In this document: one piece after another, positions 1 through 11,511 of the stretch
Numbering within the stretch: the stretch's first letter is position 1
How the letters are laid out: each line of letters begins with the position of its first letter
Assembly: GCF_006345805.1 (NCBI RefSeq)
Contig: NC_043001.1
Coordinates: 76,756,001-76,820,000 of the forward strand
Direction of reading: 5' to 3'
DNA length: 64,000 nt
DNA from: Octopus sinensis
Lineage: Eukaryota
The notes under the pieces: model-generated
Seen by the model: the letters and a program-made list of their open reading frames with translations, nothing else
Databases searched by the model: none
What the model was told of the DNA's origin: nothing
Position numbers and translations under genes: made by a program

Positions 1-317
1 TTCTTCTGAGGTCGCTAAAATAAGTATCAGTTGCGTACTGGAGTCGATCTAATCGACTGGCCCCTCCCCAAAAATTTCGGACCTTGTGCCTAGAGTAGAA
101 AAGATTAGTACGCTCAAGTAAAAATGTATTTCAACCTCTCTGATTTACTGATAAACCTTCGGTGCTATTGTGAGGTCTGATCTACCGCGGTATCCATAAG
201 TTACATTGTGAAATGGCCTGATCTTTCTACTGAGAACTCAGTTGGTTTTGTGACCTTTTATGGTATGACTGTTACCTGTGCATATCTTTGATGGCTATGA
301 TTTTGATGATTATGGTT

Positions 318-633
318 GGTTGTTGTTGTTGTTTGTTCGTTCGTTCTCGAGCCACGCCTGGCTCATAGGGCCGGTTTCCCGGTTTCCTTGGCGTATAGGT
401 TCCCCACCTGGACGGGACGCCGGTCCGTCGCAGGTGAGCTGCATGATGCAGGAGGAAAGAGTGAGAGAAAGTTGTGACGAAAGAGTCAGCAGAAGTTCGC
501 CATTACTTTCTGCCGGAACTGCGTGGAGCTTAGATGTTTTGCTCATAAACACACATATCGCCCGGTCTGAGATTCGAATCCGCGATCCCTCAACCGCGAG
601 TCCGCTGCTCTAACCACTAGGCCATGTGCCTCC
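318..633 (-). mobile_element. tRNA-derived SINE (family C, V-domain-like body)
   Basis: Minus strand begins GGAGGCACATGGCCTAGTGGTTAGAGCAGCGG (A box) ... GGATTCGAATCTC (B box). The body contains CCTGCGACGGACCGGCGTCCCGTCCAGG and the tail is (AAC)n. Related copies lie at 16414, 35355 and 39090. Confidence 0.8.
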
Positions 634-1145
634 ATAGTTGGTATGATTAAGTATGTTATCTACAATAATAAACGCGAAATTGTGTCTGTCCATCCGAGAT
701 ACCTGTATCTCAGTCTACATTTACTCTACATAGGCATATTATACCCTTTTAAAATCAGGATGATCCCGGGGTTGAAAATTTGCCTTTCATTTGGTTCTTG
801 AACATCCAGCATTAGGATCAGGTCTAGATCAGTATTTGTTATATGCTAAGTTGAAAATTCAAATTTTAAAAGAACTCAAAAAATTTGTGAACTTACAAGT
901 TTTTCATTTGAACTAAATTTATAGTAATACCATATTGGTAGCGTACCAATAAATGCTTTATTATAATTGCTGTCTTAGTTTTGGGCCCACAGGCCCAATT
1001 AACCCTCTGGAGGAGCTAGAGTAAAAGCCCGCCCGGAGTGTGGTTTTTAAGCTAGTTAATAATAAATCATTATTCAACAATATTTAAGGTGCTATTTTAG
1101 CATGCGATCTGCCGCAGTATACGTAGTCTACGTTGGTACAGGACT

Positions 1146-1230
1146 AGGATTAGGGTTTGAGTTTAAGATAAGGATCAGGGTTTAGGGTTAGAGTCAGAGC
1201 TTAGGGTTGGGGGTTAGGATTATGGTTAAA
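1146..1230 (+). repeat. Degenerate TTAGGG-like repeat tract
   Basis: Imperfect GGTTAG/TTAGGG units, e.g. GATTAGGGTTTGAG...GGTTTAGGGTTAGAG...CTTAGGGTTGGGGGTTAGG. Confidence 0.6.
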
Positions 1231-1485
1231 CTGTACGCTAAAGTGTAAATGGCCACGTTGACCGCACACTCAAGTGCAACCTTATTTAGCTTGTTTTTAT
1301 CATCCTGGAGTATAAAATTCTTGCATTGGAGGTAGACTTCACCCTGATGTGTAAATATGCTGGTAGACCACACGCTGAAGTGGCACCAAGCCCTCTGTGT
1401 TGTCTTTCCGTACCCTCTTTAACACTCAATACCCCCAAATGGTTTTGTAATATCTTTGTAAGGCATTTTATTATTAGTATGGAGG

Positions 1486-1705
1486 AAGGTCGCGAGCTGG
1501 CAAAATCGTTAACAAACCGGGCAAAAATTCTAAGCAGCGTTTCGTCCATCTTTACTTTCTGAGTTCAAATTCCACCGAGGACGACTTTGCTATTTATCCT
1601 TTTGGGATCCATGAAATAAATGCCAGATGAAAAGGTGAGTCGATATAATCGACTAGTCCCCTTCTCCCAAAATTTCAGGCCTTATGCCCATAATAAAAAA
1701 GAAAG
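1486..1705 (+). mobile_element. tRNA-derived SINE (family A, Meta-domain-like core)
   Basis: GCGAGCTGGCA head, TTCTGAGTTCAAATTCC B box and GCTATTTATCCTTTTGGGATCCATGAAATAAATGCCAG core variant. Many homologous copies occur in the window. Confidence 0.7.
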
Positions 1706-2062
1706 GATTATTAGTATAGATAAACACCAGTGGTAGTATAAGATGATTCTTTCTGTAGCAAGACACCTTTTCACCGATCTACGAAGTCTTAGATTATTGC
1801 CAAGTTCTTATTGAATAAAATTCAAGCAAACCTACTCAAGTATTTCTCACCCACGAATGACTGTGTTTACGTGTAACTTTCAGAAAAATAATTTTCTACA
1901 AATACTTTTCAGTTGGTGTAAATTTCGATTATATTGGAATTTGTCGAGAAAACTCTTTTCGAAGAGCTCGAAGAGGTGTTTTGGATAATTCACATGAGTT
2001 GACTTTGTTTCCTCATAACCTTCAGAAAATTGCGTATTTTTAAATAAAATTTTCTACATATA

Positions 2063-2468
2063 GGCGCAGGAGTGGCTGTGTGGTGAGTAGCTTGCTTACC
2101 AACCACATGGTTCTGGGTTCAGTCCCACTGTTGTGGCACCTTGGGTAAGTGTCTTCTACTATAGCCTCGGGCCGACCAAAGCTTTGTGAGTGGATTTGGT
2201 AGACGGAAACCGAAAGAAGCCCGTCGTATATATGTGTGTGTGTGTGTGCATGTGTGTGTGTGTGTGTGTCTGTTTGTGTTTGCCCCCCACTCCCATCGCT
2301 TGACAACCGATATTGGTATGTTCAGGTCCTCGTAAACTAGCGGTTCGGCAAAAGATATCGATAGAATAAGTACTAAGCTTACAAAGAATAAGTCTTGGGG
2401 TCGATTTTTCGACTAAAGGCGGTGCTCTAGCATGGCCGCAGTCAAATGACTGAAACAAATTAAAGAAT
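2063..2468 (+). mobile_element. tRNA-derived SINE (family B, CORE-like, internal microsatellite)
   Basis: GGCGCAGGAGTGGCTGTGTGGT head, GGGTTCAGTCCC B box, GGCACCTTGGGTAAGTGTCTT CORE-like block, internal (TG)n, and tail GGCGGTGCTCTAGCATGGCCGCAGTCAAATGACTGAAAC. Confidence 0.85.
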
Positions 2469-3775
2469 ATACATATATATATGACGGGCTTCTTTCAGTT
2501 TCCGTCTACCAAATCCATTCACAAGGCTTTGGTCAGCCCGGGGCTATAGCCGAAGACACATGTCCAAGGTGCCACGCAGTGGAGAGAGAGAGGGAAGTAG
2601 AGGAGAGAGAGAGATGGAAGTAGAGGAGAGAGAGAGGGAAGTATAGACAAACTATTATTGAAAATGGTGTGGTTTTTGCATCTGTTGCTAGAACAACAAA
2701 AAGCAAGATGTGATTAAACCTATGTCTGCAGCTAAGATTTTTAATTCTCTCTTTTAGTGGCTAAGTTCACCTAGGTATAAGTGCTTTGGTGCTGTGTAAA
2801 TGACTCATCTGAACAGCAGCAGCAGCAATGTTCAATTGGGCTTTCCAAATGTGATTCTACTTGTCATATGAAAAAACGAAACGGAGCAAATTTTGGCGTG
2901 CCTGTGCCTCTCTCCATCCGATTTTGTTTCCTCATAACTTCCTGAAAAATGGTTATTTATTAATGAAATTTTCTACAAATACCTTTCAGATAGTGAAAGT
3001 TATATCAGATTTGTTATGAAAAGTTATTTCGAAGGGAGCGAAGTGTTTCGGATAATTCACAGAAGTCACTTTGTTTGCTCATACCATTCAGAAAAAGAAG
3101 TATCTTTTAATGAAATTTTCTACAATTACCTTTCAGAGGATGTAGAATACAATTATATCGGAATTCACTTCGAAAAAAATTGGTGCACACATACTAACAC
3201 ACATGACGTAAAATGAAAAAATAGAAAATGAAAATTGAAATTTTGAAAAAATTAAGTAATGTGTATGTGCGCGCCCACCAATTTTGTTCACATTATGGTT
3301 CCGGGTTCTGTGGCACCTTGGGCAAGTGTCTTCTACTATAGCCTCGAGCCACCCAAAGCCTTGCGAGTGGATTTAATAGATTGAAACTGAAAGAACGCGG
3401 TCGTATCCGTGTGTCTGTTTGTGTGTGTGTATGTGTTGTCCCATCATCGCTTGACAACCGATGTAGGTGTGTTTACGTCCCCGTAACTTGGCAGTTCGGA
3501 AAAAAGACCGATAGTATAAGTACTAAGCTTGCAATGAAAAAGTTCTGGGGTCAATTTCTTCGACTAAAACTCTTTAAGGCGGTGCCCCAGCATGGCCGCA
3601 GTTTAATGACTGAAACAAGTAAAAGAATAAAAGAATATATCCGTTTCCTTTCCAATAAAATTAGTCCCACGAGGACATTTTCAATAGCTTGTGATGAAGA
3701 TCGAACCAAACACATTCATTATTACTCAACATTTCTTTAGAATTTGCTCACCAGTTCTTAAACTGTTGTTACTAT

Positions 3776-4380
3776 TGAAATGAACTTAGTGTGAGTGAAT
3801 ATCTTGTCTTGTACTTTCGGGGTACAAGAAAGCAATCACTACTCGTTCGTTAATAATCCAGAATTCTACCAGTCAGAAACAACAAGACGCAGACGTAAAA
3901 TATATATATACTACTTTATTCTCTTTCTTGGTAACAATAACAATAAGTGTGTTATCTGATGTCCTTGGTTCTGGGCGCGCAAGGCTGAAAGTTAATCGAT
4001 TGTAACATTTACAATATTCAGCCGCAAATCAGAACGGGTTCAAGATGGCGTCGAACAATGGAGACGATGTTGGTCTGCAACAATTTTGGTTAAAGGCCTT
4101 TTGGTAAGGACTGCTAGAATCAGTTCGAACGGAGAGAAAATATTAACGTCCTGCTCCTTAGGTCGCTGCTGTCCTAAGTCGCCGCTGCTGCTGCCAGCGG
4201 TCAAACGTTCTACGACCCCCTTACCTTGGCTAACCACCAGATAGGCAAAAGGGTCGTGCTTCCGGTGGTTCGCGCATGCGCGAGAGGGCCCTTCCTTTCT
4301 GTGCCTTGGTGAAGGCACCAACACGCGCGAAAATAGAAAATGGACGGTGCGCGCGCGCGCACCGTTATAGTATCACTACT
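3776..4380 (-). repeat. 3' LTR
   Basis: Aligns to 5922-6526 at offset 2146. Minus-strand AATAAA at 3915-3920. Preceded on the minus strand by the purine tract GGAGGGGAG (about 4384-4392). Confidence 0.9.
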
Positions 4381-5899
4381 AGGCTCCCCTCCAGTGCGTA
4401 CGCACGAAAGGAAACTTATTGTAGTGACTGCAAAACTCAAGGTGGACACCAGATAACCAAATAGCACACAATAATATAATGGCAAAATTTATAACATACA
4501 CAAGAAATTTACTAAAGGAAAAAGAGAAAAAATACTCAATGAGCAAAAATCAAGAGTGCATGCATGAAAGTGTATACGTCACAAAGTATAAACCCTTCCG
4601 CTGAAAGGAGCGGAGGGAAAGCAAAACTCACAGTCAATGAACCTAGGCGAAATTAAATCCAACTCCTCTAAAGGTGGTTGATCCTGCAAAATAGCAGTTA
4701 AATCAATTGCTGCAGGAGAGGAAATGGAATTGACAGAAGCTCGCTAGTAACACAAAAGGCAAAAGTGCAAACATGCTGGTGTGATGCGCGACACAGATAA
4801 TTTTCTGTTAATTACGTGACCAACAGTGGTCTAACAGGGAAAAATAATTACGCCTCAACATGGCGCAGCGCATGTGAACATCCGACGTCCTATGAGTCGG
4901 GAAAAACTAAGCTACTGCAAACGTGTTGCAAAAAACAATGCAAGTACACGTGCGGAGCAAAAGGCGCATGAAATGCAATAGAGTTTGCCAGACCGAAAAA
5001 ACAGCAAGAATATGCCAGTGGTTGAGCGATTATATGCCTCGTTCGTACAGGAACAAAGGTATGACATGCTGGCGCGTTATAATGGACAAACAACCCTCTC
5101 TATGTATACGTGACCGACCTAGGGTCTATAGAAATGAGGGGTGTCCACAAAAGGCAAATTCAGCATGGAAAAAAAAAACAAGCGAGAAAAGCATGTGTGA
5201 CGTATGTATGTGAGAGAGAGCATTTATGTGTGTGTACGTGTGTGCGACAGAAATACATACAAGGTGAATGCGAGCAAAATACAAAAAATACAGCGCATAG
5301 AAAAAATGTCTCTCAAGGCTATTCCAGACAATGGTTAATTTACCAGTCTGTAATAGCCTGAAGCACAATAGCAGTTCGTTCTGTAACAGAAATGTTGAAA
5401 TCACAAAATGCAGATGCCGGTTGAACACATATCGTGTAACGGTTGTGGCTTCGATGCTGTGACAGGTTAACTGGAACAGAAGAATCTCGTAGATAGTCGG
5501 TGCTGTGAATCCTTGGTGTGCATATGCACAAACGGCAAGTGGACCAAACTTCCGCGAGTTGCTATGTACATCTTGGTCGACGGTGTTGAAAGGCGACGGT
5601 GGTGGAGGCGACTGTAGTGGACTTGAGACAACATCGTTCTTAGTGATGATGGCGACGAAGATAGCGACGACGTGAAGTAGACAGACGACGATGGTGATGA
5701 CGAAGGCAGAGAAAAAGCATCGATGAATTGATGGCGTTCGTCATCATGGCTGTAGAATAAGAAAGAGGCTCCTTCTACAACTGTTTGTGGTGGCCGGAAA
5801 CAAATCGTCGAAAGATGAATGCGTAGAGTTAAATCGTGTTCCGACTTCGCAGAAAAACTGGATTTTTTTGTTGTTAAGTGATCTCTGGTTTTAGACCAG

Positions 5900-5920
5900 A
5901 ATCACGTCGGGAGGTCACCA
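5900..5920 (-). promoter_or_regulatory. Primer-binding site complementary to the tRNA-Trp 3' end
   Basis: Minus strand reads TGGTGACCTCCCGACGTGATT, 1 nt after the LTR-terminal CA. This matches the tRNA-Trp 3' end AATCACGTCGGGGTCACCA with a 2-nt insertion. Confidence 0.85.
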
Positions 5921-5921
5921 G

Positions 5922-6526
5922 TGTAACAAACTTAGTGTGAGTGAATATCTTGTCTTGTACTTTCGGGGTACAAGAAAGCAATCACTACTCGTTCGTTAAT
6001 AATCCAGAATTCTACCAGTCAGAAACAACAAGACGCAGACGTAAAATATATATATACTACTTTATTCTCTTTCTTGGTAACAATAACAATAAGTGTGTTA
6101 TCTGATGTCCTTGGTTCTGGGCGCGCAAGGCTGAAAGTTAATCGATTGTAACATTTACAATATTCAGCCGCAAAAACAGAACGGGTTCAAGATGGCGTCG
6201 AACAATGGAGACGATGTTGGTCTGCAACAATTTTGGTTAAAGGCCTTTTGGTAAGGACTGCTAGAATCAGTTCGAACGGAGAGAAAATATTAACGTCCTG
6301 CTCCTTAGGTCGCTGCTGTCCCAAGTCGCCGCTGCTGCTGCCAGCGGTCAAACGTTCTACGACCCCCTTACCTTGGCTAACCACCAGGTAGGAAAAGGGT
6401 CGTGCTTCCGGTGGTTCGCGCATGCGCGAGAGGGCCCTTCCTTTCTGTGCCTTGGTGAAGGCACCAACACGCGCGAAAATAGAAAATGGACGGTGCGCGC
6501 GCGCGCACCGTTATAGTATTACTACA
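5922..6526 (-). repeat. 5' LTR
   Basis: TG...CA termini intact (minus strand TGTAGT...GTTACA). Followed by the PBS. Confidence 0.92.
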
Positions 6527-7169
6527 CTATTCTTGTTGAAGACGAAATTATTAAAATGAAACCAAAACTTCTAACACAAACTTGTTATACATAATACTGC
6601 ATATCACAACGGTGACAGCTGGACTACATCAAGCAGTATATTCTTGGCTCATGAATAAAGAAACAAGCACGGCCATTATAACTACATGTATTTAATCATG
6701 CTGAGTTAGCCTTCCGGCAGTTTGAGCGAGATTAAATACACATGGACTTGGCCTAATATTTATTTATTCATAATGGAACATGTATCTAGCAATTATTATT
6801 TCACTATAGCGGCTAATGCCTTTTACATTTGGTTTGCAAGTGTCCGGTTTTCTGAAATTTTGATTAGTGTTTCATGATGAAGTAATAGAGAAGCAAGGAA
6901 CCGCTGAAAAACCGGTGGTCCGTATGTTGTCACTGGTATTGCCCTATGTTCTTGACCAAGACACTTATTATTCGAACGTAGTATTGTACATAGCGATCAC
7001 CGATGCTAAAATTTTGTAACATAGAGTGATGCGAGATGGACTCTACCAAGTTGATTTTCTTTCTTTTTTCCCCCTACACCCCCTCTCTCTCTCCTCTCTC
7101 TGTCTCTCTCTGTCTCTGTCTCTCTCTCCCCTCTCTCTCTCTCTCTGTATATATATATATATATATATA

Positions 7170-7573
7170 CTCTTTTTACTCTTTTATTTGTTTCAGTCAT
7201 TTAACTGTGGCCATGCTGGAGCACCGCCTTTAGTCGAGCAAATCGACCCCAGGACTTATTCTTTGTAAGCCTAGTACTTATTCTATCGGTCTCTTTTACC
7301 GAACCGCTAAGTTACGGGTACGTAGACACACCAGCATCGGTTGTCAAGCGATGCTGGGGGAACAAGCACAGACACACAAACATATACACACACGCATACA
7401 TATACATATATACGACGGGCTTCTTTCAGTTTCCGTCTACCAAATCCACTCACAAGGCTTTGATCGGCCCAAGGCTATAGTAGAAGACACTTGCCCAAGG
7501 TGTCACGTAGTGGGACTGAACCCGGAACCATGTGGTTGGTAAGCAAGCTACTTACCACACAGCCACTCCTACG
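7170..7573 (-). mobile_element. SINE family B, near full length
   Basis: Reverse complement of the 2063-2468 element, including head, CORE-like block and tail. Confidence 0.85.
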
Positions 7574-7760
7574 TGTGTATGTATGTATGTATCTGAAACT
7601 ACCATTACCCAGCTTTGCAGCAATTTTCTTAAGTTTTTGACTATTGTTTTAACATCATTTTAAGGTAATAAATATTTGTCATTAGAAAGTTATTACTCAG
7701 TTCATCATTTTCTGCAAGCACCAAAGAATTTGATACATACAAAATTATAATTATTATATA

Positions 7761-7996
7761 CGTGGCTTGATCAATAAATATCCGGAGTAAAGCCGCTTGG
7801 TTCAGGTTGACCTTAAACTCTGATGTGTATACCCACTAAGTTTTAACGTTCTATCTCACTTCCGCTATTTACAGCAGTGCTTGGAAGGAAGGTGTGTAGC
7901 GTGTTGTCGTCGCATTGACTATGACAGAGAAAGTTGAGCAGAGAATCTGCATCAAATTTTGTCAAAAGCTTGGAGATACCTGCTCAGAGGCCTGCA
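7761..7996 (+). pseudogene. mariner transposon 5' end with truncated transposase N-terminus
   Basis: TA followed by TIR-like CGTGGCTTGATCAATAAATATCCGGA. The ATG at 7921 gives MTEKVEQRICIKFCQKLGDTCSEA, a typical mariner HTH start. Confidence 0.8.
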
Positions 7997-8175
7997 CATG
8001 GCACTATGATAATATATATATAATATATACACACACGGCACTCTGATCGAGAATACATAGAGAAAATAGAAAATGCAAAATAATAATCATGTAATATATC
8101 ACAGAAAAGTATATGCAAAGATAATATTAGTGCACGCGCGCGAGTGTTGCGTGTATATATATATGTGTGTGTTGA

Positions 8176-8372
8176 GGCGGCGAGCTGGCAGAAATGTTAG
8201 CACGCCGGGCGAAATGCGTAGCTGTATTTCGTCTGCCGTTACGTTCTGGGTTCAAATTCCGCCGAGGTCCACTTTGCCTTTCATCCTTTCGGGGTCGGTA
8301 AATTAAGTACCAGTTACGCACAGTTTGTCTGTCCTCTCTGTGGTTAGCCCCTTGTGGGTAGTAAAGAAATAT
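8176..8372 (+). mobile_element. SINE family A
   Basis: GGCGGCGAGCTGGCAGAAATGTTAGCACGCCGGGCGAAATG...GCCTTTCATCCTTTCGGGGTCGGTAAATTAAGTACCAG. Confidence 0.85.
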
Positions 8373-8481
8373 ATATATGTGTGTGTTTAAGTGTGAGCGC
8401 CCGCACGTGTATATATAATATATATGTATATATATATATATATATATATACATACATACATACATCATACATACATATATG

Positions 8482-8539
<58 letters not shown>

Positions 8540-8836
8540 CGTTTCATGCGGCTCCATTTGATTGAACAAATCAAATATTACATCAATTTTAAAATGTAGA
8601 GCAATCTTCAGCTGCATAAAATATAGAATTTTGTTAAATTCGAAGGATTCATTTGTATAGTGTTCCCATTATCCAAAATCACAAAGAGGGTAAGTAGATA
8701 GACAAAGAACATATTTCATAGTTGGTTATTTTGATTGTAATCACCCCATTTTGAATTATATGGATAATACCATACTAAATTCTGGTGCCTTTAACTTAAG
8801 TACCATATTCAACTGAATCTAAATTTTACTGAACTA

Positions 8837-8910
<74 letters not shown>

Positions 8911-9034
8911 TATATATATATATATATACATACATACATACATACATACATACATACATGCATAAACATATATATATATATATACACACACATACACACA
9001 CATATATATATATATAATATATAAATATATACAC

Positions 9035-9480
9035 ACATATATGTACATACCTACATATATATGTATATATACATGCACATATGGGTAAAGGACATAAAAA
9101 AAACGTGGACAGAATGAGAAACGAAGAAGATAAAAACAGAAACATAGAAAACGAACTGTTTTGTTCTCACTGTCCTGTTTTTCGTACCACTTTCACCCTC
9201 CGCAAAAAATCCCAAATTTTATTTAATTTGCTTTGCAGAAAGGACTGCTTTAACGAAGTCGCATATTGTCCTTACCTCCGAAACGCGGAGTAGATAAAAC
9301 AGGGAACAACTGATGAAAGGAATGTTCTTTATGTTGCATGTCTCGTTTCTCTGTTTTTTTTAGTTGTTCGAAAAAAGTTCGTTTTCTATGTTCTTTGTTT
9401 CTCATTCTGTCTACGCTTTTTGATGTCCAGTACCTATATATGCATGTATATATACATATATATGTAGGTATGTACATATA
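9035..9480 (+). mobile_element. Penelope-like/pLTR-type non-coding repeat with inverted partial copy
   Basis: 9035-9153 is the reverse complement of about 9370-9480. The core 9155-9365 is homologous to the minus strand of about 14330-14530. Confidence 0.55.
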
Positions 9481-9697
9481 TGTATCTATATATATGCATA
9501 TATTTATATATTATTTATATTATTATGTTCGAACGCCACGAATCCTTTTCCAAGTAAGTTTTATCTTGTTCTTCCTTTCTTCATGATTGATCGCTAGCCA
9601 CTAAACCTTTCTTTTTTTATTTTCTCTCTCTCTCTCTGTCTCTCTTTATTTTCTCTCTCTCTCTCTCTGTCTCTCTTTATTTTCTCTCTCTCTGTTT

Positions 9698-9760
9698 ATT
9701 TCTGTTCAAGAGCGTATGCTCGAAACGTAAAAGACTCTCTCACTTCCCGAGCGTTAAACT
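9698..9760 (+). ncRNA. Decayed minimal hammerhead-like motif (dispersed family)
   Basis: CTGTTCA-A-GAGC-GTAT-GCTC-GAAACGT...GAGCGTT-AAAC. Stems II and III match 14094 but the CUGANGA core is mutated. Confidence 0.45.
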
Positions 9761-9830
9761 AATACATCTGTTTGTTGTTTACACACCCGTCTTCGTCGTT
9801 TGTTTTGTATTTTTGTAAATTCCATCTATC

Positions 9831-9970
<140 letters not shown>

Positions 9971-10423
9971 ACATGAATGTATATTATAATATGTAATACA
10001 ATAGTATTTTACAAAAAAGGTATTGAATGCAATAAAATTTGCATAAATTATAATTCATGATAGAATAGTATGCACAAAGATGAAATATTAGAATAATACA
10101 GAATATACATATTGGATTTTCAGATGAATAAAGATAATCTTATTCTGCTTTTGTACTTTTAACAGCGCGAACTCTTTCATTTCTCATGTCTACACAGTAT
10201 TTTTTTTGCATTCAGTTGAGCGTGTGTATGTGTGTGTGTGTTTGTGTGTGCGTGCGTGTGTGTGCACGTGTGTGCGCATGCACGTGGGAGTAAACACACA
10301 CACACACACATACTTACGTACATGCATATATGCAGACAGCAGACAAACAGACAGACAAAAAGACAGATGGACAGAAGACAGACAGACAGACAGATATATA
10401 GATAGATAGATAGATAGACAGAC

Positions 10424-10531
<108 letters not shown>

Positions 10532-10843
10532 GCTTAAGCATGTGTGTATGGCTCAGAAGTTTGCTTCGCAACCAAGAGGTCTCGGGTTCGGTCACACAGT
10601 AATTGGACTGCGGCCATGCTTAGGCACCTACATGACGGGTTTAGTCGAACAAATCGAGCACCGTTCTTAAATCGAGTCTGGCACTAATTCTATTGGTATC
10701 ATCAGCTGAACTGGTAAGTTACGAGGATGTAAACAAACAAATACCGGTCGTCAAGTGGTGGTGGGTGACAAAAACAAACACAATTGTGCGTATGCATGCA
10801 CACACATGCAGATAGATAGATAGACAGATAGATAGATAGATAG

Positions 10844-10901
<58 letters not shown>

Positions 10902-11029
10902 TTAGGCAGACGACGGGTGTCTAAGTTTCCGGCTACCAAATCCACTCGCAACGCAAGGATGCTACTGTAATATGATATCTACCATCCATTTTCTAATATA
11001 GTATATCTTCTATTAACTTCCTACTATAA

Positions 11030-11511
11030 TGTGATATCTACTTCGTCAATCTGTATAGGATTTTCCTGTGCCAATCATTTGATCCCTCGTTTGGTGTGAT
11101 ATTATCACGCTACAAACTTCACGACACATTAAACCAGTTTGTAATAGTATTAGGCGACTTTCCAGTAAATGTTATTGTAGTACTCCTCGGGATCTCGTGA
11201 ATAAAATAGTACACTAATTCTAAAATTTCACACACACTCAATCTGCTATTGATCTTCTCATTTAAATCGGTATAGTAGAAAAACGGATTTCCTTCTCGAA
11301 CTGAGCTATATGCTTGATACCTTTTTTTCGAACATCTCAATATTGGCCGGAATTTTCCCGTTCTATTCCTCTTCTTTTTTTCTTGCATTTGTGTTCCGCA
11401 TTTATGACAAGGAGGTACATTTCCTTCCTCGTCAATAAGATAGTGCTCTCTCAAATAAGGCACCGATTCATTTTCGCTTGAGATTATTTTGTAAAAGTCT
11501 CTGGCCAACAT
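11030..11511 (-). pseudogene. Merlin (IS1595/ISXO2-like) transposase, frameshifted N-terminal half
   Basis: MLARDFYKII...PPCHKCGTQM...ILRCSKKR zinc ribbon and ITNWFN. After frameshifts it continues MCREVC and PIQIDE, the first catalytic Asp motif of ISXO2-type DDE transposases. Confidence 0.75.

Larger units (their letters stand above)
3776..6526 (-). mobile_element. Non-autonomous LTR retrotransposon (Gypsy-like termini, no intact gag/pol)
   Basis: Two 605-bp direct repeats (3776-4380, 5922-6526) with about ten visible differences, and a 4-bp TSD CTAT at 3772-3775 and 6527-6530. The PBS abuts one LTR and the PPT the other. The 1541-bp interior has no long ORF. Confidence 0.92.

Noticed and set aside
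318-633. SINE heads as tRNA genes (also 16414, 35355, 39090)
   Set aside because: They have A/B boxes but no complete cloverleaf, and they continue into SINE bodies.
1146-1230. True telomere or chromosome-fusion site
   Set aside because: Short, highly degenerate and one orientation only; more likely a subrepeat of a transposon.
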